IMG/VR virus record: IMGVR_UViG_3300025083_000041
Span: 1-53,486 of that record
Strand: one strand, 5' to 3'
Length of the DNA stretch: 53,486 bases
Source of the DNA: a virus
Lineage: Duplodnaviria; Caudoviricetes
The notes below the pieces were generated by a model. It was not told the origin of the DNA, did no database searches, and saw only the letters and a list, made by a program, of their open reading frames with translations. Within the stretch, counting starts at the first letter, position 1. The number at the start of each line of letters is the position of its first letter. Position numbers and translations under genes: made by a program. Below, one piece after another: positions 18,501 to 26,735 of the stretch.

Positions 18501-19408
18501 ATAAAATTATATTAGGAAACTGTGTGAAGGTGATGGATCAACTAGAGGATGAATCTGTAGATGCATTTATCACCTCACCGCCTTATGATGAATTGAGAGA
18601 TTACAATGGATACTCATTTCCGTTTGAAGACATCGCTCGGAAGATGTATCAGAAGTTGGCAAAGGGTGGAGTCATTGTATGGGTTGTAGGAGATGCAACA
18701 AAGAAGGGCTCTGAGACTGGTTCGTCCTTTCGACAAGCCATCTTCTTTCAAGAGTTGGGACTAAACATCCACGACACAATGATCTATGAGAAGAATGGCT
18801 CGTCCTTTCCTGCAAGACGCACAGGTAATAGATACTCTCAGGTGTTTGAGTACATGTTTGTATTCAGCAAGGGCAAACCAAAGACAGCGAACCTCATCTG
18901 TGACAAGCCCAACAAGTGGAGCGGCTACACCTCGTTCGGTACATCGACGAACCGCAACGCAGCCGGCGAACTCGTAAAGGCAAAGAACAGAAAGCCTACG
19001 CCTAATTTTTCCCCCCGTCACAACGTTTGGAAGTATAATACAGGTAAAAAGTATACAACAAATGACGATTTTGCTTTCAAACATCCGGCAATGTTTCCGG
19101 AATCACTAGCAGAAGATCATGTTATGACTTGGACAAACGAAGGAGATCTTATTGTAGATCCTTTTGTAGGAGCAGGAACTACGACAAAGATGGCAGCAAT
19201 CAATGGACGACGTTGGTTAGGTATCGATATATCAGAAGAGTATGTTGATATTGCGAATGAACGAATGAAGATTGCAGAACAGATGATTCAGAACGGATAC
19301 AAGAAAGACTACACTCCGGAAGTAAAGGAAGGCAGTCTATCAAGAAAGGAAGTAACGGCTATGAGCAAGTCAGAGTTAATTGAGTTGGTTCTCAAGGGGC
19401 AGAAATGA
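18497..19408 (+). CDS. beta-class DNA methyltransferase (probably N4-cytosine)
   Basis: TSPPY precedes DPFVGAGTT; HPAMFP; probable GTG start overlapping the upstream stop. Confidence 0.9.
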   Translation: MNKIILGNCVKVMDQLEDESVDAFITSPPYDELRDYNGYSFPFEDIARKMYQKLAKGGVIVWVVGDATKKGSETGSSFRQAIFFQELGLNIHDTMIYEKNGSSFPARRTGNRYSQVFEYMFVFSKGKPKTANLICDKPNKWSGYTSFGTSTNRNAAGELVKAKNRKPTPNFSPRHNVWKYNTGKKYTTNDDFAFKHPAMFPESLAEDHVMTWTNEGDLIVDPFVGAGTTTKMAAINGRRWLGIDISEEYVDIANERMKIAEQMIQNGYKKDYTPEVKEGSLSRKEVTAMSKSELIELVLKGQK

Positions 19409-20091
19409 ATACAAGGAAATGCAAAAAATGTGGAATTGAAAAACCGTTAGCAGAGTTTTATAAGAATAAGGCTTCGAAAGGTGGACATATATGGCAATGC
19501 AGGACATGCAAATGTCTCCAAGTCAAACAACGCAATGAAACCCCGGAAGGCAAAGCGAATAGAAGAAAGTGGAATCAAAGCCCGAAAGGGAAAGAGTCTG
19601 TTAGAAATAGTAATAAGAAATACCAATCCGGCCCGAAATTCGCAATTGCGCATCTAAGGTACCGGTACAGTCCGAAAGGGCAAGCAACAAGTGCAAGGTA
19701 TCGTGCTGAAAACAAAGAAGAAATCACAGAAAAAAAGACAAAGAAACGCTCAGAAGAGCCAAATTGTGTTTATCAAATAAAGAACTTGGAGAATATCAAA
19801 GTCTATATTGGCGAGACAATAAGAGGAGAGTCAAGATGGAAAAGACATCTAAGATGTCTCAAAGGTAATTGTCACGCTAACAAACCACTCCAAGAAGACT
19901 TCAATAAGTATGGAGAAGAAGCATTTGAATGGAGCATTCTAAAAGAGTTTGAAATCGAGAATAAAGATATCCTACTCTTGGAAGAAGCAAGAACCATCCA
20001 GCAATATATTCAAGATGGTGTTGAACTTTATAATGTGCAATTGACAAACAAACAACTTAAAATGCTTGAAGAAGACAAAAAATCTCAATAG
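19405..20091 (+). CDS. GIY-YIG homing endonuclease-like protein with N-terminal Zn finger
   Basis: CKKC...CRTC; C-terminal VYQIKN...VYIGET...RWKRH...E...YN. Confidence 0.8.
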   Translation: MNTRKCKKCGIEKPLAEFYKNKASKGGHIWQCRTCKCLQVKQRNETPEGKANRRKWNQSPKGKESVRNSNKKYQSGPKFAIAHLRYRYSPKGQATSARYRAENKEEITEKKTKKRSEEPNCVYQIKNLENIKVYIGETIRGESRWKRHLRCLKGNCHANKPLQEDFNKYGEEAFEWSILKEFEIENKDILLLEEARTIQQYIQDGVELYNVQLTNKQLKMLEEDKKSQ

Positions 20092-21017
20092 TTATAAACT
20101 ACTTCAACCAAAGAGTTGCCTGTTGGAATGACAGTGAACTCAACCCTGTTTAAGGTGGCGTTGTAAGTCCAATCACGATTTAGGATGCCATCTATATAAA
20201 CGTATATCCAATTGGGATCTAGCGGAACGTGTGTCAAGTCAATCCATTCATAAGGAACGACTTGATCTGCTGCTTGTGCCACACCAGCACTCCAATCTTC
20301 GGAACAGATATCGACAATATTACCGCCGAAGTGGTTTGTGGCGTTAACGTATCTCTCTCCAACATTCTGCATTGGCACATTCGAAGTACATTCAGAGACA
20401 TCATTTGGCAAGTTTATGATGCTAGCAACAAAGGTGTGAGATCTTTGCATTAATGCCCAGTTTATAAACTCAAACTCATTGGCTACATGTTCTCTAGACT
20501 GATCATTCTCATCAGAGACGAAAACAATTAGAAGAGCAGCATCATTCCTAAGCCAAGTATTGGCGTATTGATTGAAGTCTATGTATTCTATCACAGCATC
20601 AAAGCCTGCCTCATACTGTCCATTGATATGATCGCTATACATCGCTTCAACATCTGCTATTGTATCACCCGGAACAATAGGGAAAGAAGTTAAGTTTGTC
20701 ACTTCACGGTAATCAGAAGGAATAATCATCAGTCTCCACCCAACAGCAGGCAAACTGTTCATCATGAGTTGGATACCTGCCAAGATTGCAGGCTGATCGT
20801 CAAACATAGAGCCTGAAGGATCAATAACCCAAAATATATCAACACCATCCAGTGAGCGAATCTGAACAAAAGAATCAACCCAAAGATCTGAAAAGTCATA
20901 GTCAGTGTCCTCTATCACTTCACACTCAGACTCAACCTCTATATATACCTCAACCTCTTTTTCGTATGCTAGCATCCCATCGGACATGCAAGACATAATA
21001 AACAATAACATCAACAT
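20085..21017 (-). CDS. vWA (MIDAS) domain lipoprotein
   Basis: Hydrophobic N-terminus plus SC; DIFWVIDPSGSM; VFVSDEND; only minus-strand gene. Confidence 0.8.
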   Translation of the reverse strand: MLMLLFIMSCMSDGMLAYEKEVEVYIEVESECEVIEDTDYDFSDLWVDSFVQIRSLDGVDIFWVIDPSGSMFDDQPAILAGIQLMMNSLPAVGWRLMIIPSDYREVTNLTSFPIVPGDTIADVEAMYSDHINGQYEAGFDAVIEYIDFNQYANTWLRNDAALLIVFVSDENDQSREHVANEFEFINWALMQRSHTFVASIINLPNDVSECTSNVPMQNVGERYVNATNHFGGNIVDICSEDWSAGVAQAADQVVPYEWIDLTHVPLDPNWIYVYIDGILNRDWTYNATLNRVEFTVIPTGNSLVEVVYNY

Positions 21018-21138
21018 AACATATAACCCCCATAGTATCTAATATAACTACCTTTCGGAAAAAGAAAAAGTAACTTTAAATTGAATAAAGAATGTTTGTC
21101 AAACGTATAATAAGTAACAACTACCAAAGGAGGTAAAA

Positions 21139-21372
21139 ATGGAAGTATCAAATGAAGAGCCAGAGCAAACATCTGGCTTAACTCAGGGAGACTTGGCAAT
21201 CGCTGCATATGCTCTCGCAGAAACATATAACTCATACTTAGAAGAGTATGAAGCAGAAGACTTTGGCGAATTGTCAAAGGAACAGATGGAATCATCAATG
21301 AACTCTTTACGCACTGCGTTTTCAAAGTTCGATGCGATTCTCAAAGCAATGCAACCACAGGAGGAAGAATGA
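21139..21372 (+). CDS. hypothetical acidic protein
   Basis: Promoter at 21082; AGGAGG RBS. Confidence 0.75.
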   Translation: MEVSNEEPEQTSGLTQGDLAIAAYALAETYNSYLEEYEAEDFGELSKEQMESSMNSLRTAFSKFDAILKAMQPQEEE

Positions 21373-21449
21373 TTACTTTCATAGGAACAATTGTGCTTGT
21401 ATCGGTATTCACAGTTGTATGGATGAAAATGTTTGGAGGTGGTGAATGA
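21369..21449 (+). CDS. single-TM micro-protein (26 aa)
   Basis: ATGA overlaps at both ends; MITFIGTIVLVSVFTVVWMKMFGGGE. Confidence 0.55.
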   Translation: MITFIGTIVLVSVFTVVWMKMFGGGE

Positions 21450-21661
21450 AGAGCAGAGATATTCACGGCTTAACTAAAGCGGCTCTAGCACACTTCATAG
21501 CGACGAAAAAAAGGGCAGAGGCTAATCTTGGTGTCTATCTTTCGAGTCCTACAGGCATCGGGGAACATCCTGATATTGTAGGAGAAGTTGTTAAACTTAT
21601 AAAAACAATCACAGAAGCAGAAGAATCGATAAATTATCTACAACGGAGAATAAATGAATAA
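21446..21661 (+). CDS. hypothetical phage protein
   Basis: GIGEHPDI motif; coupled to neighbours. Confidence 0.7.
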   Translation: MKSRDIHGLTKAALAHFIATKKRAEANLGVYLSSPTGIGEHPDIVGEVVKLIKTITEAEESINYLQRRINE

Positions 21662-21878
21662 ATGGATGAAAGAAGGAATGATTAATGGACTGCAAGGGAT
21701 GCTATTCTTTGCCGTTGTCTGTTCAATCTGGGCAATTATTATTAAGTTGTCTGAAAACTTGGGAGTTAGTCCCGGATGGAGTATGTTGGCTTTCTTTATT
21801 ATAGCCATATTCTCAATGAGCATGGCATCTGCCAAGGCTAAATACGATTTAGATCAAAAGTTTGGAGGAGACAAATGA
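21654..21878 (+). CDS. two-TM membrane protein
   Basis: Two hydrophobic segments. Confidence 0.7.
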   Translation: MNKWMKEGMINGLQGMLFFAVVCSIWAIIIKLSENLGVSPGWSMLAFFIIAIFSMSMASAKAKYDLDQKFGGDK

Positions 21879-22219
21879 ATAAAACAATATATCTTATTGA
21901 CATTGATGGTACAGTTTGTGAGGACGTACCAAATGAAGAAGCACATCGCTTCTTATCGGCAAAGCCAATTGATGGTGCTTTGGATATGGTTAACAAAGTC
22001 TTAGAGGAAGGTAATAGAGTAACTTTCTTTACTGCTAGGACTAGTGAACATGCCGATGTAACTGAACAATGGTTGAAAAATAATGGCTTTCCATTTGAGT
22101 CTGTGTGCTATAACAAGCCTCGAACAGATGATGGTTGGGAATATCATTGGGTTGATAATAAACCAGTAACCAGTACTTATACACCACAAGGGTTTGTACT
22201 GTTAGGAGAGGGAAAATGA
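21875..22219 (+). CDS. capless HAD-superfamily phosphatase
   Basis: DIDGT; FTAR; KP; WVDNK. Confidence 0.8.
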   Translation: MNKTIYLIDIDGTVCEDVPNEEAHRFLSAKPIDGALDMVNKVLEEGNRVTFFTARTSEHADVTEQWLKNNGFPFESVCYNKPRTDDGWEYHWVDNKPVTSTYTPQGFVLLGEGK

Positions 22220-22749
22220 TTCTAGAATATACTTTTACACATGATAATGTAGTTCCACCAACTCGCTCCAACCCTTCAGATGCAGGATTGGATATCTATT
22301 TCTCTCATCCTGAGTCTTCAGAAGAGGTTATAATATATCCAAATACTGGAGCGCTATTCCGCACAGGACTTCGCTTTGGAGTTCCCCATGGGTACATGCT
22401 GCAAATCATGAACAGATCATCTGTGGCATCTAAGAGGAGCCTTCTTGTTGGTGCATGTGTAGTGGACTCTGGGTATGATGGGGAAGTGTTTGTCAATCTG
22501 CACAATGTAGGGTTAAACCCTCAAGTGATTAGACATGGAGACAAGATTGCTCAGGCAGTTTTAGTCCCAATTGTGCCTTTCCGAGCCTACTGTCGTCATG
22601 ACGGAGATCTATATGGATATCCTATCACAATGTCCGAAAGAGGTGATGGAGCACTAGGAAGTACAGATGCCAAAGAAAAGCCATTGGCTGATGAAGGGCA
22701 AAATAAAGATTATGATGATATTTATTTAAACTCTAGTAAGTCGGATTAA
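22216..22749 (+). CDS. dut: dUTPase
   Basis: AGLD; RSS; VVDSGYDGE; GDKIAQ; RGDGALGST. Confidence 0.93.
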   Translation: MILEYTFTHDNVVPPTRSNPSDAGLDIYFSHPESSEEVIIYPNTGALFRTGLRFGVPHGYMLQIMNRSSVASKRSLLVGACVVDSGYDGEVFVNLHNVGLNPQVIRHGDKIAQAVLVPIVPFRAYCRHDGDLYGYPITMSERGDGALGSTDAKEKPLADEGQNKDYDDIYLNSSKSD

Positions 22750-22766
22750 ATTAAGGAGGAACTGCT

Positions 22767-23099
22767 ATGAAAGGAATTAAGAAAGATAAACAAATACTGT
22801 TCTTAGAGACAGAGAAGCGTCATGCTGACTTGAAAATTAAATTAAAACACTACGGCATCTCCCAATCTGACTTTATCAGAGGATGCATATCCGGACTAAT
22901 TAATGACGATGAGCAGTTCTTCCAATTCTTTTTCAAATTGCTTGAAGAAAAATCTTATGTAAAATCATCTAAAAATCGTAAAAAGAATGAAGAAATGATA
23001 ACGAAAGGACTAAATACTATTGAAGAAGACTTTGTATTCAAAGATTCTGAAATTGAAAATATTTTCGATATAATTGAAAAAGATCATCCGGATTTATGA
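22767..23099 (+). CDS. hypothetical protein (possible RHH-like DNA binder)
   Basis: LKIKLKHYGISQSDFIRG pattern. Confidence 0.55.
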   Translation: MKGIKKDKQILFLETEKRHADLKIKLKHYGISQSDFIRGCISGLINDDEQFFQFFFKLLEEKSYVKSSKNRKKNEEMITKGLNTIEEDFVFKDSEIENIFDIIEKDHPDL

Positions 23100-23166
23100 T
23101 TTTTGGATAGAATATCACTAATTAAAACAAAATGCATAATTTGTCATGACAAAAAGGAGATTTCAA

Positions 23167-23700
23167 ATGGCTAAGAAAAAATTAATTTTAAACGAGGGTA
23201 CTACTCGTCAATTCATGAAGTACGCAAATATCAAGCCTACTTATGTTTCTAACTTCTTAAGTGAGTCCGAGTACAATCGCGATGAAGAAGAAGAGAAAAT
23301 GGAAGAAGGACTACTTGATGAAGTGGAAGAAGAAGAGGGAGTTGAAATGGAAGCAGAACCAGAAATGGATGCTGGCATGGAAGTTGAAGACGAAATGGCT
23401 GCAGAACCAGAAATGGATGCAGGATCTGACGATGCCGAAGGCATGGTAATGGATCTACTTGGCGCAATTAAAGATTGGGCACAGTCTCAAGGAGTCTCTA
23501 TGGAACTCGAAGGTGATGAAGAAGAAGGCATGGAAGATATGGAAGCAGCGCCCGAAGGAGGTGATTTGGGGATGGCTGACGATGTTGATGCTGATTTGGA
23601 AGCCGCAGATACTGAAGTAATGGACGATGAAGAAGTCATTGCTGAAGTTACTCGTCGTGTGGCTAGACGTTTATTGAGAGAGTCTGCAAAAAGAAAGTAA
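23167..23700 (+). CDS. highly acidic protein, possible head scaffold/internal protein
   Basis: D/E/M-rich core; basic C-terminus VTRRVARRLLRE; ACTAATTA upstream at 23117. Confidence 0.55.
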   Translation: MAKKKLILNEGTTRQFMKYANIKPTYVSNFLSESEYNRDEEEEKMEEGLLDEVEEEEGVEMEAEPEMDAGMEVEDEMAAEPEMDAGSDDAEGMVMDLLGAIKDWAQSQGVSMELEGDEEEGMEDMEAAPEGGDLGMADDVDADLEAADTEVMDDEEVIAEVTRRVARRLLRESAKRK

Positions 23701-23732
23701 TCTGAATATTTTGCAAAATTCAAACGTATTAT

Positions 23733-23773
23733 AAGGGCAGGCTATCTATAATGTGGGTAGTTCGCCCTTTTTT
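23733..23773 (+). terminator. intrinsic terminator-like hairpin
   Basis: AAGGGC..GCTATCTAT/GTGGGTAGT..GCCCTT followed by a T-run. Confidence 0.65.
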
Positions 23774-23793
23774 TGTTTAACAAAGGAGAAGTT

Positions 23794-24549
23794 ATGAACA
23801 AAGATAATGAAGAAAACGAAGAAACTTCGGAAGATGTTGTAGATCAACAGCGGCAACACGCACTTGCTGAAGATCAACAATTCGACGGCGAAGAGTCAGA
23901 AGAGGGAGAGTCAGAAGAGGGAGAGCAAATAACTCTCCAAGAACTATTAGAGATGGTAGCAGCCAAATCAGAAGAGGCTGAAAAGGAAGACGATTTGAAC
24001 TCTATGCGCTCAGTCGGACTTTATGGTGATGTAGAAGAGGAAAGGATTGCTGAAGTTATCTCCGCATTGCTGATGTTACAGCATGTAGGCAAACCAAAGT
24101 ATGATGACGAAGGGAAACTTACAGAAGAAGGCAAGCCCATCAAATTGTATGTCTCCACTTATGGTGGTTCTGCAGATGATATGGCAGCCCTTGTTGACAT
24201 CATGAATGTTGTAAAGAAAGATTGTCCAATTGAAACAGTTGGGATTGGCAAGGTTATGTCTGCCGGTGTGCTTATATTAGCATCAGGGACAAAGGGTGAA
24301 CGCTATATTGGAAAGAATTGTCGTGTTATGATTCATTCTGTGATTGCCGGTAACCATGGTTCTTTGCACAATTTGGAAAATGAACTCTCAGAGATTAAAA
24401 AAATGCAAGACATTTATCTACAATCTCTAGCAGATGCAACAAGTATGACAAAGAAACAACTAAAATCTTTCATGAGAAGAAAACAAAACGTCTATTTAAA
24501 TGCAGAAGAGGCAATTAAATTAGGCATTGCTGATAAAATTTTGGAGTAA
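23794..24549 (+). CDS. clpP: ClpP-like protease with acidic N-terminal extension
   Basis: STYGGS; VMSAG; RVMIH; YLNAEEAIKLGIAD. Confidence 0.88.
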   Translation: MNKDNEENEETSEDVVDQQRQHALAEDQQFDGEESEEGESEEGEQITLQELLEMVAAKSEEAEKEDDLNSMRSVGLYGDVEEERIAEVISALLMLQHVGKPKYDDEGKLTEEGKPIKLYVSTYGGSADDMAALVDIMNVVKKDCPIETVGIGKVMSAGVLILASGTKGERYIGKNCRVMIHSVIAGNHGSLHNLENELSEIKKMQDIYLQSLADATSMTKKQLKSFMRRKQNVYLNAEEAIKLGIADKILE

Positions 24550-24555
24550 TATATT

Positions 24556-25455
24556 ATGGCTATAGATAAAGAATTTTACAATGAAGCGTCTGCCGCCAAG
24601 TTAGGATGGGATCCTACTTGGTTTGGGCATGATGCGTTTGACGAGAAACTAACTCGCATCATTCGTAACTGGCAGAAGGATAGAAGGCTTGCAGCCGATG
24701 GGTTGTGTGGGCCGGGAACCTTCCGTGTCCTTTTTAATGAGAGAGAATCACAGATCTCTGATTATGTCTCGCCTAACTATGATAATGATGGACTAGCACG
24801 TATCGTCTATAATGGTAGCGAGTTTCCTATTGAATGGGATAAGACTGTCTTATGGACAGACAAGGGCGGCTTGATGGCAAAATTGGGAGCCTATCGTTCC
24901 CAAGCAGGAAAGAAGCCTAGAAAGATTACTCAGTTTATTAATCACTGGGATGTCTGCTTGTCGTCGAAGTCATGTCAACGTGTCCTTGATAAGCGTGGTA
25001 TATCCGTACATTTCTTGATTGACAATGACGGAACCATCTATCAGACAATGGATCTTCAGCATATTGGATGGCATGCAGGTGTTTCAAAGATCAACAACCT
25101 TTCTGTAGGTGTTGAGATTTCAAATGCTTACTATCCTAAGTGGCAGCAGTGGTACAAGAAGCATGGATTTGGTGAACGTCCAATCGTAACAGATGCAGAA
25201 GTTCATGGAAAGAAGTTAGATACTCACCTAGGGTTCTATCCTGTACAATTGCAAGCCCTACAAGCCCTCTGGAAAGCCATTCACTTGGCTTGTGGTGTTC
25301 CACTAGAGACATTGACTGGAAGCACTAAGAACGCCTATGACGCTTCTGCAAAGAGTGGTAAGTTTAAAGGGTTCTTGTCGCATTATCATATCAAGAAAAC
25401 AAAGATTGATTGTGCAGGACTTGACATTGAAAAACTATTGGAGGACTTGAAATGA
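24556..25455 (+). CDS. endolysin: PG-binding domain plus N-acetylmuramoyl-L-alanine amidase (Amidase_2)
   Basis: ADGLCGPGT; INHWD; SVHFLIDNDG; WHAG; GVE; H...KIDC. Confidence 0.88.
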   Translation: MAIDKEFYNEASAAKLGWDPTWFGHDAFDEKLTRIIRNWQKDRRLAADGLCGPGTFRVLFNERESQISDYVSPNYDNDGLARIVYNGSEFPIEWDKTVLWTDKGGLMAKLGAYRSQAGKKPRKITQFINHWDVCLSSKSCQRVLDKRGISVHFLIDNDGTIYQTMDLQHIGWHAGVSKINNLSVGVEISNAYYPKWQQWYKKHGFGERPIVTDAEVHGKKLDTHLGFYPVQLQALQALWKAIHLACGVPLETLTGSTKNAYDASAKSGKFKGFLSHYHIKKTKIDCAGLDIEKLLEDLK

Positions 25456-26684
25456 ATTTTAAAGGAAATGATATGCTACTGAGAGTACTGGCTGAGGCTG
25501 TCGACAAGAGGGAGAAGTTGAAAGAAGACGCAGCGGCTGCACCGACGATAGATCCATCTAAGAAATCTGTAGTAGGTAACGTTGACAGTGTTAAGAGCGA
25601 TATTGGTAGTAATGGCGCTGAAGGTGACAGTATCTTAAATGTACAAGACATTGCAAGAACCCTCATCACAGGAACAGAGTCGGGACAAAGAGATCAGATG
25701 AACATCAAAGATGCTTTCGACGTTATAAGAAAATCTAATAATTTCGTAACTGAACTAAAATCAGTTTCAGGAGACAAGTTAATTGAAACTTTAATTAATG
25801 CTCTTGCGAAGTATTTTGTTCCTCCTGAGGATAGTGATGGTTGTACAGATTTGTCTTCTATGTTCACTCGACATGTTGTAATGAGTTCATATTCTATGAT
25901 ATTTAAAGAATATTCTGGCTCACCAGCAGGCTTCGTCAATGAAAGTTTTATTGCAGGACTTATAGGAGGAGAATCAATTCCAGCAGCCTCTTCGACAACC
26001 ATTGCAGATATACAAATACAAGGTAACAATATAGGAATTTCTCTCAAAACAACGTCATCTGATTCAAAATTATCTGGCTCATTTACTAATTTGATGAGAA
26101 CATTAGGAATAAAATTCAGAGTAGAAGGAGGTACAAAGTCATATATTTCTGATTCGGATGTCCCTCAACACGCTTTAGGACTTTATTATCTTTTATTTAA
26201 CAAGAAATCAACAGAAAGTCACTCAATCTCATGCTTTAAAGTTGATAGAGGGGAGATGATCAATAATCTAGATTATTATGTCGCCAACCAAAAAGGAACA
26301 AGAATGTCAAAGGAAGAAGACGGTACGTATGTGTTTCGTTCGAAGAAAGACTATGATGACTTGGTTTCTAAGTTTGCACCTCTGCTTGGGATAAAGTTTG
26401 ATAGTATCGTAGATGATAGTGTTATTGGTATTTCTGGATTTCAGAAAATTGAGCAAGAGTTAGAGTTGAGTGCTCAAGTAACTGCCAATGGCAAGCAAGA
26501 GAATATTGATAAGATCATCAAAACATTGAACCTATTGAATACATTTTATTCACAATATGTTAATGCTGTAGTGTCTTTTGCATCAGATCCAACTGGGGAA
26601 AAGTTACAAGGTATACAAGAGAAATTAACTGCCATGTCAAAAATTGATCCTACGAACTTAGTAACTTCTGAAAATTGTAGTTGA
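25452..26684 (+). CDS. hypothetical protein with possible PD-(D/E)xK-like domain
   Basis: GFVNESFIAGL...IADI...ISLKT. Confidence 0.45.
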   Translation: MNFKGNDMLLRVLAEAVDKREKLKEDAAAAPTIDPSKKSVVGNVDSVKSDIGSNGAEGDSILNVQDIARTLITGTESGQRDQMNIKDAFDVIRKSNNFVTELKSVSGDKLIETLINALAKYFVPPEDSDGCTDLSSMFTRHVVMSSYSMIFKEYSGSPAGFVNESFIAGLIGGESIPAASSTTIADIQIQGNNIGISLKTTSSDSKLSGSFTNLMRTLGIKFRVEGGTKSYISDSDVPQHALGLYYLLFNKKSTESHSISCFKVDRGEMINNLDYYVANQKGTRMSKEEDGTYVFRSKKDYDDLVSKFAPLLGIKFDSIVDDSVIGISGFQKIEQELELSAQVTANGKQENIDKIIKTLNLLNTFYSQYVNAVVSFASDPTGEKLQGIQEKLTAMSKIDPTNLVTSENCS

Positions 26685-26735
26685 CTTTGAATAAAACGGT
26701 GATTATAAACGTATAATATATATAACGAATAATCA

